Positions 49,930-60,030 of a stretch of 64,000 bases of DNA are shown piece by piece. Below the pieces are notes generated by a model, which was not told the origin of the DNA, did not search any database, and saw only the letters and a program-made list of their open reading frames with translations. The stretch is from the NCBI GenBank assembly GCA_046597605.1, contig JBKJKE010000132.1, forward strand, positions 3,769 to 67,768. The letters run 5' to 3'. The position numbers and the translations under genes are program-made. This stretch comes from Limisphaerales bacterium (GTDB taxonomy: Bacteria > Verrucomicrobiota > Verrucomicrobiia > Limisphaerales > JACDHS01). Positions within the stretch are counted from its first letter, which is position 1, and the number at the start of each line of letters is the position of its first letter.

Positions 49930-50385
49930 TTATTCTTGTGCCTCCTGCAAACTGTCGATGAAATCTCTCAGGATCGCGTGGAGTGCGAGTTTGATGGTCT
50001 CCGCCCCGAACTTGTCGGTCTCATCCTCCGTGAATTGTCGTTCCACTGCGGCGAAGAAAGTGATTTGACCGCTCCTGTTCTTAACCGGTTCAATCTGGAT
50101 CTGGACCCCATAGCTGTGTCCATCCTTGTGGTAGTTGGTAAGTTGGACCTCGCAGCCAATTCCTTGACGTATCGCTTCTCTTACCTCTGCCACGACATCT
50201 GGATCAGTCGCAGCTCCCTGAAGGAATGAACCTGGCTTCTTCTGTCGAACCTCGGACAACTCGTAACCGCACAAAGTAGTGAAGCTGGGATTGAACCAGA
50301 TGATCCGTCCTTCGCGGTCAGTAAGGACGATTGCCTCGGGTGTCTTTTCAAAACGGAATGGAATAAATTCGGGATCTGTGTTCAT
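49930..50385 (-). CDS. Stand-alone PAS (LOV-like, Cys-less) domain protein
   Basis: AIVLTD..G.I...NPSF..LCGY, KKPGSFLQG, NYHKDG. Confidence 0.82.
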   Translation of the reverse strand: MNTDPEFIPFRFEKTPEAIVLTDREGRIIWFNPSFTTLCGYELSEVRQKKPGSFLQGAATDPDVVAEVREAIRQGIGCEVQLTNYHKDGHSYGVQIQIEPVKNRSGQITFFAAVERQFTEDETDKFGAETIKLALHAILRDFIDSLQEAQE

Positions 50386-50555
50386 GCGGCGCTCCTTAGA
50401 AAGTAATACTGATTTATTTTAAGGGCAGGTGCCTAAACCAGTTCCTGCGTCTAAAGCACTGTACCATGTTGGAAAGCCGCTACTTCCCCGATAGTCACAT
50501 TTGCTGTGTGCCCCTTAAATAGTGAGGCAGCGAGTAGTTAACTGATTAACAACGA

Positions 50556-52568
50556 ATGAATCTAAAATGTTTGTTCCTGATTGGATTGTCACTGATTGCC
50601 GGCACTTCGAACATGCTGGCTCAGGGTAAGCCCAATATCTTATGGCAACGTAACGTTAATTCGGATCGTATCAATGCGATCATCTTCAATAATGCAGGTG
50701 ACACTGTCATTTCTGGAAGTTCCGATCGTTTGATCAATTTTTGGAGAGCGTCGGACGGTGTCCTGCAACGTACGCTAAATAATGCTGCTGCCCCGGTGCA
50801 TGAAAGTGCGATTGAATCTTTGAGCATCACAAGAGATGGAACACGCCTTGCCTCTGCGACGCATCGTCTCGTGCAACTCTGGACGCTCCCGGCTGGAACC
50901 GTGCAGAATCTGGAGGGGCACACAGACTGGGTGGTTGGCGTGGCGTTTTCGCCCAACGGTCAATTCCTTGCCTCTGCCAGTTTTGACAGCACGGTTAAAA
51001 TATGGCGAGCCAGTGACGGAGTTCTAGTACGCACGTTTACACATCCGAACATGATGCGGTGTGTTGCTTTTTCGCCGGACAGCACCCTACTTGCCGTTGG
51101 CGGCGGCAATGGTGCACTGTCTCTTTGGAGGACTGCGGATTGGACGAGAGTCCGGAATCTCGCAGGGCATACAAGCGATATCTATTCTATGACTTTTTCG
51201 CCGGACGGAACACGGTTGGCGACCGGTGCCTACGACAACACGGCGCGAGTGTGGAATCCTTCAAATGGCGCCTTGCAACACACTTTTAGGGGCAACGGAA
51301 CCGTGTATGGAGTGGCTTTCACGCCGAATAGCCAGGAGTTGGCATTTACGGATGGAGAAGGGAACACCATCCGAATGCATCGCCTTTCCGATGGAGTGCG
51401 AACCCGCCTCTTCGACCTCGAGACGCCTGAGGTACAATGTATTGCGATCAGCCGGAGCGGAATGATGGCTTATGGTCGCGTCGATCATCGCGTGTTACTG
51501 GCTAACCTTGGAACTACTACGACGCCGCCCCCAACCACCCCGCCCCCGGAACCGGAACCAGAGCCGGTGCCACCGCCCACCACTGCAAACTGGACATTGA
51601 CCTTAAGTCGGGAAGGGAATGGGACTGTGACGGCGAGTCCTGGGCCGAACGGTCCGAACGGCACGTATGCAAACGGAACTGTGGTTCGGGTGACTGCAAC
51701 AGCGCGCGAAGAAAGCGTGTTTTTTGGATGGCAGGGATCCAGCGTGAGCAAGAATCCATCTCTCTCCATTACAATGAACGGGAACAAGCGCCTGGTGGCA
51801 GTTTTCGGTGAAGCGAAGCAACCCGCGGCCGTCCTGATGAATGTCGAACGGCAATTAATTGCATGGTTTCTCGATGGAAGAACACTGGATGACCAGTTGA
51901 TGATCCGAAACGGAACACGACTTAACCCCGAGCTTCGGTTCGTTGGACTGGGAGACATCAACAAGGATGGTAATAAGGATTTCGTATTTCAGGACAAACA
52001 GTATCGCCTGCTCGTATGGTACATGAACGGTGCCGATTACGTGGGGCAGGGCTGGATTCGTAATGCGATTCCGGTTCCATCAGCATGGACGCCGATCGGC
52101 GTAGAGGACATGAACCACGACGGGCGACCCGACATCATCCTTCGTCACACAGATGGCCGAACCCAGGCCTGGCTATTCCAGGGAACCCGATTCGTTACAG
52201 CGCAGGCTTTGAAGGAAGGAACGCGCATGGCAAGCGGTTGGGTGCTGGTTGCGACTGCTGACATGGATGGTGATGGAAATAAGGATATCGTCTGGCAAAA
52301 TCAAACAACGCGGGCTGTGGTCATTTGGCTAATGGACGGAACCAGCGTCAAGAGCACGCATATTGTGCAGAGTAAAGATTCCCTGGGGCGTAATTGGAAG
52401 ATTGTGGCTGCACACGATTTCAACGAGAATGGGAAGCCAGACCTCGTGTGGCAGGATTCCACCGATGGACGAATCCTCGTCTGGTTAATGGATGTGCATC
52501 GCCATGTAGGTGGGGTGCTGGTTCGAAACAGCAGTGGAACTAAGTTGAAACTCCTTGGAATTAAATAG
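50556..52568 (+). CDS. Secreted WD40 beta-propeller + Pro/Thr linker + bacterial-repeat domain + FG-GAP/VCBS repeats
   Basis: Signal peptide; GHTDWVVGVAFSP..LASASFD and GHTSDIYSMTFSPDG WD repeats; TTPPP linker; FFGWQG..NP..ITMNGNK; GDINKDGNKD, DMNHDGRPD, DMDGDGNKD, DFNENGKPD. Confidence 0.88.
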   Translation: MNLKCLFLIGLSLIAGTSNMLAQGKPNILWQRNVNSDRINAIIFNNAGDTVISGSSDRLINFWRASDGVLQRTLNNAAAPVHESAIESLSITRDGTRLASATHRLVQLWTLPAGTVQNLEGHTDWVVGVAFSPNGQFLASASFDSTVKIWRASDGVLVRTFTHPNMMRCVAFSPDSTLLAVGGGNGALSLWRTADWTRVRNLAGHTSDIYSMTFSPDGTRLATGAYDNTARVWNPSNGALQHTFRGNGTVYGVAFTPNSQELAFTDGEGNTIRMHRLSDGVRTRLFDLETPEVQCIAISRSGMMAYGRVDHRVLLANLGTTTTPPPTTPPPEPEPEPVPPPTTANWTLTLSREGNGTVTASPGPNGPNGTYANGTVVRVTATAREESVFFGWQGSSVSKNPSLSITMNGNKRLVAVFGEAKQPAAVLMNVERQLIAWFLDGRTLDDQLMIRNGTRLNPELRFVGLGDINKDGNKDFVFQDKQYRLLVWYMNGADYVGQGWIRNAIPVPSAWTPIGVEDMNHDGRPDIILRHTDGRTQAWLFQGTRFVTAQALKEGTRMASGWVLVATADMDGDGNKDIVWQNQTTRAVVIWLMDGTSVKSTHIVQSKDSLGRNWKIVAAHDFNENGKPDLVWQDSTDGRILVWLMDVHRHVGGVLVRNSSGTKLKLLGIK

Positions 52569-55181
52569 ATGTGGAAATTATTGATCCTCCTGCTCATTTG
52601 CGCCGGATGCGCTGAGCCGGTGCAGTCTGCAGATCCTGTTATTCGTGATGACCAATCACTGCGATTGCCTCAGGTAGGCGACAACGGAATACGAGCCTTG
52701 AGCCCAACGTTGCTTGAACTCACGTTCATCACAACGAAGGAACCCGACCCAGCGAAACTGCAGGAATGGGACTTCGTTTCGGAGAATCAGTTTAACTCGC
52801 CTGAATTATCCGAACTCGAGGTAACTGTTGGCGAACGCAAAGTCCCCATAAAAAGGTTGGGCTTCAAACGCCGTGTTCTATACGCACCTCTGAAAGAGCG
52901 AGACTTGCGGATTGGCAATTGTCTCTACGTCCAACTGGCCGAGCCGATCAGCGAGAAGCAGAAGGTCGAAGTGAAAAATCCCGGCGGCACGCTCTGGAAG
53001 AATAAACAGTTTGTACTCACAGTGGATCCTTTGCGGTGGAGTCCCGTCATCCACGTAAATCATGAAGGGTATGTTCCCGGTTTTCCCAAGAAGGCAATGG
53101 TGGGGTATTACCTCGGATCGCTGGGAGAGATGGATATTCCGAGAGATGCTGAATTCCATATCATCGGTGCAAACTCCGACAAAAAAGCCTTCAGCGGAAA
53201 GTTGCAACCGCGCCGCGATGTCGGATACAGCCCGCCTACCTACCAGGTCGTCTACGAAGCCGATTTCTCCGGGTTTAAAGAACCGGGCGAATACCGTTTG
53301 TATGTTCCAGGTTTTGGCACTTCCTTTCCATTTTTTATAGATGAAGGAGTCGCCGCCAGTTTCGCCCGTGCCTACGCCAACAGCCTGTATCATCAACGCT
53401 GTGGAGCGGCCAATGAGATGCCTTATTCCCGTTTTGTGCATGGAGCCTGCCACACGGCTCCAGCAGAAGTTCCCAATGCTTCGTTCTCTGTGGTGAATGA
53501 GGTGTTGGCACAGGAAACAGGTGATGTTTCAGAGAACAAACGCCATACAGCTCCTGTGCTGAAAAGCGTCACCGCCAGTCGCTACCCATTCGTTAAGAAA
53601 GGTAAGATTGACGTTTCAGGTGGACACCACGATGCGGGGGATTACAGCAAATACACCATCAACGTTGCCCAACTGATTCATTCTCTGGTGTTCGCAGTGG
53701 ATGCATTTCCCGGCACCGGCGCACTGGACAATCTTGGACTTCCTGAGAGCGGCGACGGCAAAAGCGATTTGCTTCAGGAAGCGAAGTGGGAAGCAGATTT
53801 CCTGGCGAAGCTGCAGGATGATGACGGTGGTTTTTACTTTCTGGTCTACCCGAAAGAGCGGCAGTACGAACACGACGTGTTGCCGGACAAAGGGGATCCG
53901 CAAGTAGTCTTCCCCAAGACCACCGCGGCCACTGCCGCTGCGGTTGCGGCACTTGCACAAACTGCTTCTTCACCGCTCTTCAAAAAACAGTTTCCCGAGG
54001 CTGCTGCCACTTACCTGGCGAAAGCTAAAAAGGGTTGGGAGTTTCTGGAGCGTGCTTTTGCCAAGCACGGTCGGGATGGAGCTTATCAAAAAATCACTCA
54101 CTATGGCGATGAGTTCATGCACGAGGATGAGATGGCCTGGGCGGCGGCAGAATTGTTTGGTGCAACGGGTGATGAGAAATTCCACAAAGAACTTATCTCG
54201 AGGTTCGATCCCAATGATCGGGAGACGAAGCGCTGGACCTGGTGGCGGATGTTTGAAGGTTATGGTTGCGCGATCCGTAGTTACGCATTTGCGGCCCGCA
54301 CGGGCCGTCTTCCCAAGACCAAGCTGGACGCGGATTACCTCCGCAAGTGTGAGGAAGAAATCCTTGGCGCAGGGGACGACCAGCTTCGTTACTCTCTTGA
54401 GAATGCTTACGGCACCAGTTTTCCCACAGAAAGTAAGCGCTTTCGCAACGCTGGTTGGTACTTCTCGACGGACCGGGCCTTCGATCTGGCTGTCGCTTAT
54501 CAACTGGACTTTCCCGAGAAGGGCGATCCTCGTCCGAAGTTCCTGGAAGCCATTGTCGCCAACATGAACTACGAGGCCGGCTGCAATCCTGTAAACATGA
54601 GTTTTATCTCAGGACTCGGCTGGAAGCAGCCGCGCGAAATGGTGCATCACGTGGCACAGAACGATCGACGCGTTCTTGCTCCAACTGGACTTCCCTGGGG
54701 CAATATCCAGGAAGGTTTTGCTTACATTGATCCTTATAAGTTGGAACTGGGTGCTCTCGGATTCCCGTTGGACGGCGATGAGAAGAAACCTTCTCCGTTC
54801 TACGATCGTTGGGGTGACAGTTTCAACACCAGCCAGGAGTTCGTCGTCAACAACCTCGCCCGCAGCCTCGCTACTGTGGCGTTTGTGATGGCGCAAACGG
54901 AAACCGCGAAGCAGCCCTGGAAGGCAGTCAAAGCGGAGTTGTATGTGCCGGAAAAAGTTCAGGTGGGCAAAGAAGCAACGTTCCAGGTGAAGGCATCCAA
55001 CTTTGATTTAAGCCGTTCCCGGGTCGTTTGGGAATTCGGCGGGGAAGATCCAGTGATTGTCCCTGACAAAGATTCGGTCTCCATTGTCCCTCGGAAAAAG
55101 GGAACACAATGGATCGAAGTTGAAGCGCGACTCCCGGATGGACGCCGGGTGGTTGCGGCGAAAGACCTAACGGTTCAATAA
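52569..55181 (+). CDS. Glycoside hydrolase family 9 with N-terminal Ig-like (CelD_N) module
   Basis: IHVNHEGY, ADFS..EPGEY, LYHQRCG, DVSGGHHDAGDYSKY, LQDDDGG, GCNP.N.SFISGLG; signal peptide. Confidence 0.88.
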   Translation: MWKLLILLLICAGCAEPVQSADPVIRDDQSLRLPQVGDNGIRALSPTLLELTFITTKEPDPAKLQEWDFVSENQFNSPELSELEVTVGERKVPIKRLGFKRRVLYAPLKERDLRIGNCLYVQLAEPISEKQKVEVKNPGGTLWKNKQFVLTVDPLRWSPVIHVNHEGYVPGFPKKAMVGYYLGSLGEMDIPRDAEFHIIGANSDKKAFSGKLQPRRDVGYSPPTYQVVYEADFSGFKEPGEYRLYVPGFGTSFPFFIDEGVAASFARAYANSLYHQRCGAANEMPYSRFVHGACHTAPAEVPNASFSVVNEVLAQETGDVSENKRHTAPVLKSVTASRYPFVKKGKIDVSGGHHDAGDYSKYTINVAQLIHSLVFAVDAFPGTGALDNLGLPESGDGKSDLLQEAKWEADFLAKLQDDDGGFYFLVYPKERQYEHDVLPDKGDPQVVFPKTTAATAAAVAALAQTASSPLFKKQFPEAAATYLAKAKKGWEFLERAFAKHGRDGAYQKITHYGDEFMHEDEMAWAAAELFGATGDEKFHKELISRFDPNDRETKRWTWWRMFEGYGCAIRSYAFAARTGRLPKTKLDADYLRKCEEEILGAGDDQLRYSLENAYGTSFPTESKRFRNAGWYFSTDRAFDLAVAYQLDFPEKGDPRPKFLEAIVANMNYEAGCNPVNMSFISGLGWKQPREMVHHVAQNDRRVLAPTGLPWGNIQEGFAYIDPYKLELGALGFPLDGDEKKPSPFYDRWGDSFNTSQEFVVNNLARSLATVAFVMAQTETAKQPWKAVKAELYVPEKVQVGKEATFQVKASNFDLSRSRVVWEFGGEDPVIVPDKDSVSIVPRKKGTQWIEVEARLPDGRRVVAAKDLTVQ

Positions 55182-55202
55182 GCCACGGCACTCAGTTGAT
55201 TC

Positions 55203-57494
55203 TCACTTAATCTGCAATTGCTTGTAGAAAATTCGGTTGCTCTCACTGGCAGAGGGATACAGCAGGCGCACTTCATTTGTGCCTCGGATTGTCGGCAAGG
55301 AAATAGCCAGATCATGGAATTCCGTGTTCAAGAGCACGTTTGTCAGGAGAGGAACGCTGTTGAATTCAATCACGAATGGTTCTGGTTGGCTCGATTGGCT
55401 TCGCGCGCTCAGTGAGAGAACACGTGCAGAACCGTCCGACACAAAAAACAGCTTCGTCACTGGGCTGTTACCGGCACGGAATGATGGGAGTTTATGTTGT
55501 GGAAATGGTCCATCAGTCGCCGCCAGGCCTTCATCAGTGGTCCATCCATAAAACGGTGGAATCAGGTTTGGTATTGGAGATCCAGAGGGCAGGTAAATCC
55601 GTAAGCTGGCGAATTCTGCAAAGAAATCAAAACTCCGCCCGGAAGAACTCTTGAGGGTGGGAGGCCTGCGGCGTTGGGCGAGGTTCTGGTCCACCGCCAC
55701 AATCATATCTGGCTCGAGGTTGGTAATCGCAAAAGCTTTTCCAAACGTGGGTTGGAGCAGGAAGGTGACAGGTTGATTGGGAAGTGTGTGGACCATTCTT
55801 TGCACAGGGTACACCCAGGAATGCGGCTGAGCATGCAGCGCCACCACTTTTGGTTTTATTTTGTGACAGACGGTTTCCACCCATTCAAGTGCCGGTCTCA
55901 TCTCGGGACGGGCCATAAAACGAATCTCATTATTCGTCTTCAGGAAAATGCTTCTTCGCCCAAATAGAGATTTCGCCTGGCTCTTTGAAACCAATGGAAT
56001 AGCGAGAAGGAATAATATAATCCCTGCGAAGGCGGTGAAGTTTCTGTGCCTGGAGAAGAGCAGGGCGGTCACTGGAGCAAGCAGACAGAAAAGGGAGATC
56101 TGCAATCGGTTGTGCCAGATCTGCCATTTTATCTCAAAGCAGAAAATCAAAAATGCCGCAAACGGAAGCAGGCAGAAGCATCTGATCCAGCGAGGAAGCC
56201 TGGTTCCGGGCCACAGCAACAAGCCGAAGGTAACCAGCGCTAAAACCATGTGCAGCGGCGCGCGCGATTGGTCTTCAGAACTTTTGTAAGGGTTCGCAAC
56301 TTCGAATTTGGACATGTGCGTCGTTCGCTCATCATTAAGGTCAATCCCCAAAGCCCCATGCAGTCGCGCCACCGAATTGCTCAGGATCCGATCGGATGCG
56401 GGAAAGAACGTCAGATGCATGGCAATGTTGCGACTGACATTAGAGAGCAGTGCCGCGGGGGAATGAATATCATTGCGCAGGCTATAGCCCCCTTTGTTTT
56501 GGGGCCTGCCAAAGGGTGAATGGAATTCGGTGTAGTTCCGGACAATGTGCGGCGCGTTGATCGATATCGTAATCAACGATATGACGGCTCCAAGCATCAG
56601 TCCTTTCCCACGATGAATCCAAAGCAGGGCGATGCCGGCAAAAAAGCTGATCGGAATGACAAAAACCATTCCTGTTCCTTTCGTCAGCATGGCCAATCCG
56701 ATCGCGCTACCCAGAATGCAGGCGCGACCCCACGGACAATTTTTGTCTTTGACGATTTGGGCAGTAACCAGCGCAGCAGCACAGACGAAGAAAGCCGTAA
56801 CGACGTCATTCTTTGTGTTGATGGCTTGGAGTGCAGCAGTTGGATAGCTCACGCTAAATAAAGCCGCAAAGCATTGTCCGCGAGTGCCGCACCCGAGTGT
56901 TTGTGCGATGAGTGAGACCACGACTGCTATCAAGGCAAGCGCAAACCATTGCACCGTGTTGGGTAGAAAATCTGAGCGGGAGAGAATCATCAAGTGAACA
57001 CCAGCAAACTCGGCAAAGGGCGGCATGGAGAGTTGTCGTTCGTCATTGGCCGCAAAGGTCCCGATGTGCCCTTGCTGCATCCAGGCAAACTGGCGAGGGA
57101 GGTGATACTCCTGTGAGTCGTAGTTATTAGGGGGAGTTATCAGCCCAATAAAACCGATGATGATCAGAATGATGATCACACCGCCGAAGAGCGCCCAATC
57201 GATCTTCGAGTTTATTCCCATGGCTGGTTTCTCCGAAGAAGCCCTTCTTTTATAAACAAGCAAAGCCGTCAAAACCGAGGGAATACCCCACCAAAGAGTC
57301 AACGGCACCAGGCGTAGCAGTTTTCCGAGGCTCAGTATTTCTGTCCCGAGGAAGCACCACACACCAGTGACTAAACCGGCCTTCACCAATGACCAACGGA
57401 TATCTTTCTGTTCCTTGCTGGGTTCAAACGAATGGAAGAGCGCAGCAGAAAGTGCAAAAAATAGAAACGGTATAAAACCCAGCAAAAACACCAC
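55203..57494 (-). CDS. GT-C fold integral membrane glycosyltransferase (ArnT/PMT_2-like)
   Basis: PPNNYDSQEYHLPR, TKND, LTKGT, many TM segments, C-terminal soluble beta domain. Confidence 0.78.
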   Translation of the reverse strand: MVFLLGFIPFLFFALSAALFHSFEPSKEQKDIRWSLVKAGLVTGVWCFLGTEILSLGKLLRLVPLTLWWGIPSVLTALLVYKRRASSEKPAMGINSKIDWALFGGVIIILIIIGFIGLITPPNNYDSQEYHLPRQFAWMQQGHIGTFAANDERQLSMPPFAEFAGVHLMILSRSDFLPNTVQWFALALIAVVVSLIAQTLGCGTRGQCFAALFSVSYPTAALQAINTKNDVVTAFFVCAAALVTAQIVKDKNCPWGRACILGSAIGLAMLTKGTGMVFVIPISFFAGIALLWIHRGKGLMLGAVISLITISINAPHIVRNYTEFHSPFGRPQNKGGYSLRNDIHSPAALLSNVSRNIAMHLTFFPASDRILSNSVARLHGALGIDLNDERTTHMSKFEVANPYKSSEDQSRAPLHMVLALVTFGLLLWPGTRLPRWIRCFCLLPFAAFLIFCFEIKWQIWHNRLQISLFCLLAPVTALLFSRHRNFTAFAGIILFLLAIPLVSKSQAKSLFGRRSIFLKTNNEIRFMARPEMRPALEWVETVCHKIKPKVVALHAQPHSWVYPVQRMVHTLPNQPVTFLLQPTFGKAFAITNLEPDMIVAVDQNLAQRRRPPTLKSSSGRSFDFFAEFASLRIYLPSGSPIPNLIPPFYGWTTDEGLAATDGPFPQHKLPSFRAGNSPVTKLFFVSDGSARVLSLSARSQSSQPEPFVIEFNSVPLLTNVLLNTEFHDLAISLPTIRGTNEVRLLYPSASESNRIFYKQLQIK

Positions 57495-57613
57495 GAAGGA
57501 AATAGCGGGATTACGGAAGAGGTCAACGCTGGGTTTAAAACATCTATCTCAACGCACTCCATGCCGTCCCTGTGGTTACAGTTAAGACTCCAAGCTCAGT
57601 CGTGACGACTGGT

Positions 57614-58678
57614 TCACAGCAGATCCATCTGTGTCCCACCGGCTCGCCGGAATGCGGTTGTCGAAAGTTCAGGGCGCGGTTTGTCCAACCCGAATTTCTT
57701 CGTCGCGATACGAAAGGTGGTCGCGATCTGTTCTGAAAAGATGCCTTCGCCATGCATCCTTTTGCCCCATTGCGCGTCATAGAGTTTACCGCCGCGCAAC
57801 GCGCGAATCCTGGTCAACACCTTGTCGGCCCGGTCGGGGAAATGGGTTTTGACCCATTCTTCAAACAAGTCCTTTACCGCGTAGGGGAGCCGCATCACCA
57901 CGTATCCAGCGGAGATCGCTCCTGCTTCCGCTGCACGCTCGATGATATTCACCATTTCGTAGTCCGTGATCGCAGGAACGACCGGTGCCACCATGACATT
58001 CACCGGGATCCCAGCGGACGAAAGTTGCCGAATGGCATCGAGTCGCGCTTCCGGCATGGAGGTGCGCGGTTCCATGATCCGGGCCAGATGAGAATCGAGG
58101 GTGGTAAGGGAAATATTCACGGTGACTGCATTGTGCCGGGCTAATTCGGAAAGCAGGTCGATGTCGCGGGTGACAAGATGGTTTTTTGTAATAATCCCGA
58201 CCGGGTTCCGAAACTCGGCGAACACTTCGAGGCAACCACGTGTAATCCCGAGCTTGCGCTCAATTGGCTGGTAGCAATCGGTGACTCCGCTCATTACAAC
58301 CACTTGCGGCTTCCATTTAGGAGACGACAACTCATTGCGGAGCAGCAGGGGGGCGTCTTCTTTGACTATGATTTTCGTTTCGAAGTCGAGCCCGGCGGAC
58401 ATCCCGAGATATTCGTGTGTGGGGCGAGCAAAGCAGTAGACGCATCCATGCTCGCAGCCGCGATAGGGATTGACGCTGAATTCGAATCCCACGTCCGGAC
58501 TGTCGTTCCGGGTCAGAATTGAGCAGCTTTTGTCCTTCAAAAGGATGGTTCTTGGGGAGGGTTCTTCCTCCGTCAACTGATGCACATCCGGATCGTATGC
58601 AAGATGCACCTTTTCAAACCGGTTCGCTGGATTGTGCAACGCACCTCGCCCACGAATTGGCTTTTGCTCCGAAGACAT
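57614..58678 (-). CDS. Radical SAM protein, PA0069/Rv2578c (spore photoproduct lyase-like) family
   Basis: SVNPYRGCEHGCVYCFARPTHEY, TDCYQP, ITK, EPRT, RLP. Confidence 0.92.
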   Translation of the reverse strand: MSSEQKPIRGRGALHNPANRFEKVHLAYDPDVHQLTEEEPSPRTILLKDKSCSILTRNDSPDVGFEFSVNPYRGCEHGCVYCFARPTHEYLGMSAGLDFETKIIVKEDAPLLLRNELSSPKWKPQVVVMSGVTDCYQPIERKLGITRGCLEVFAEFRNPVGIITKNHLVTRDIDLLSELARHNAVTVNISLTTLDSHLARIMEPRTSMPEARLDAIRQLSSAGIPVNVMVAPVVPAITDYEMVNIIERAAEAGAISAGYVVMRLPYAVKDLFEEWVKTHFPDRADKVLTRIRALRGGKLYDAQWGKRMHGEGIFSEQIATTFRIATKKFGLDKPRPELSTTAFRRAGGTQMDLL

Positions 58679-58745
58679 CTCCCTAAATGGAACCGTTCAT
58701 CCCTGTGGAAGTCAAATTGTGCTGTCCGTTTTGTCTCGATCCCGA

Positions 58746-58976
58746 GTGAGATGGTCCGGCCGAGGTCAAAACAAGTCCCGCAGAGGGGTGAGACGGTCCG
58801 GCCGAGGTCAAAACAAGTCCCGCGGAGGGGTGAGACGGCCCGGCCGAGGTCAAAACAAGTCCCGCGGAGAGGTGAGACGGTCCGGCCCAGGTCGAAACAA
58901 GTCCCGCGGAGGGGTGAGACGGTCCGGCCCAGGTCAAAACAAGTCCCGCGGAGGGGTGGGACGGCCCGGACCAGGT
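58746..58976. repeat. Tandem repeat, 42-bp unit, about 5.5 copies plus a degenerate copy near 58998
   Basis: Consensus GTGAGACGGTCCGGCCSAGGTCAAAACAAGTCCCGCGGAGGG at 58746, 58788, 58830, 58872, 58914 and 58956. Confidence 0.95.
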
Positions 58977-59046
58977 AAGAAAAAGTCTTGAAAAGACCTG
59001 AGACGTTCCGATTGAGCGAGGAAAGAGCCTGAAACCGGAGCAAGAC

Positions 59047-59829
59047 TTAGGATTTGCTCGGCCTTCTATAAATCTTGTGGATGGCAGCTTGATCAGTCGG
59101 CTTGATGATTAGTTCGTCGATGTTGACGTGAGGCGGTCGACTCGCCACCCAAACGACGGTTTCGGCGATATCTTCTGCGACCAATGGCTCTGTGCCGTCG
59201 TAAACTTTATCGGCTTTGGCCACGTCGCCTTTAAAACGAACGATCGAAAATTCGGTCTTAGCCAGTCCGGGATCGATTGAGCCGACCCGAATGCCGGTTC
59301 CATTCAATTCCATTCGCAGTGCCTGGGTGATCTTCCGCTCGCCCGCTTTAGCGGCACAATAGGCTGCTCCACCTTCATAGGCGGTGTGTCCGGCGATGGA
59401 GCCGATATTGATGATGTGGCTCCCCGCATGGTGAGGCATCAATGGGAGGACCGCCCTTGTGACTCTTAAAACCCCCAGCACATTTGTCTGCATCATGGCC
59501 TCCCAATCGCTATCGAGTGCAGTTGCCACCGGATCAGCCCCGTGAGCACCACCTGCATTGTTTACGAGAAAGTGGATAGAAGACGTTTTTGTCTTCGCCC
59601 ATTCCACAAACGTGTTGACGCTGGAGGTATTTGACACGTCGAGGGCATGCGCGTGCGCTTCGGATGCACCGAGTTTGATACACTGCTCAACAACCTCCTT
59701 GAGGCGATCTTCCCGGCGAGCGCCCAGTAGCAATTTCGCCCCTTCCCTGGCGAAAGCGTGAGCAATGGCAGCTCCAAAGCCGGAAGAAGCTCCAGTGACC
59801 AACACCCATTTGTCTTTCAACCGTGACAT
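59047..59829 (-). CDS. SDR-family NADP-dependent oxidoreductase (YdfG-like)
   Basis: TGASSGFG, ARR, NNAG, GSIAG, YCAAK, IDPGLAKTEFS..RF, PPHVNI; ATG at 59829. Confidence 0.92.
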   Translation of the reverse strand: MSRLKDKWVLVTGASSGFGAAIAHAFAREGAKLLLGARREDRLKEVVEQCIKLGASEAHAHALDVSNTSSVNTFVEWAKTKTSSIHFLVNNAGGAHGADPVATALDSDWEAMMQTNVLGVLRVTRAVLPLMPHHAGSHIINIGSIAGHTAYEGGAAYCAAKAGERKITQALRMELNGTGIRVGSIDPGLAKTEFSIVRFKGDVAKADKVYDGTEPLVAEDIAETVVWVASRPPHVNIDELIIKPTDQAAIHKIYRRPSKS

Positions 59830-60003
59830 GGTTCGAGAATCGAAAAGAGGGCGTTGAGAAGCGAGGTTTTTCGATTGGAGTGCATCGGCAAGCCAAGATC
59901 TATAGAACGTAACACTGCATAAATAGCCGTGCTCCAGCCTTATCACGAAATGAAGATCGGTGTTTCCTGCGCTATCCTTCAGGCAAGAGCCGGATGATTC
60001 ACC

Positions 60004-60030
60004 TGTTGCAATCTTGTTATCATTGCAACA
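60004..60030. promoter_or_regulatory. Perfect inverted repeat TGTTGCAAT-N9-ATTGCAACA overlapping an extended -10 (TGtTATCAT)
   Basis: Read directly; the -10 hexamer ends 6 nt before the ATG at 60030. Confidence 0.55.

Noticed and set aside
58573-59043. ORFs with 14-aa repeats (RPRSKQVPRRGETV, TCFDLGRTVSPLRG and others)
   Set aside because: Open on both strands and in several frames simply because the DNA period is 42 bp; no RBS or domain support.
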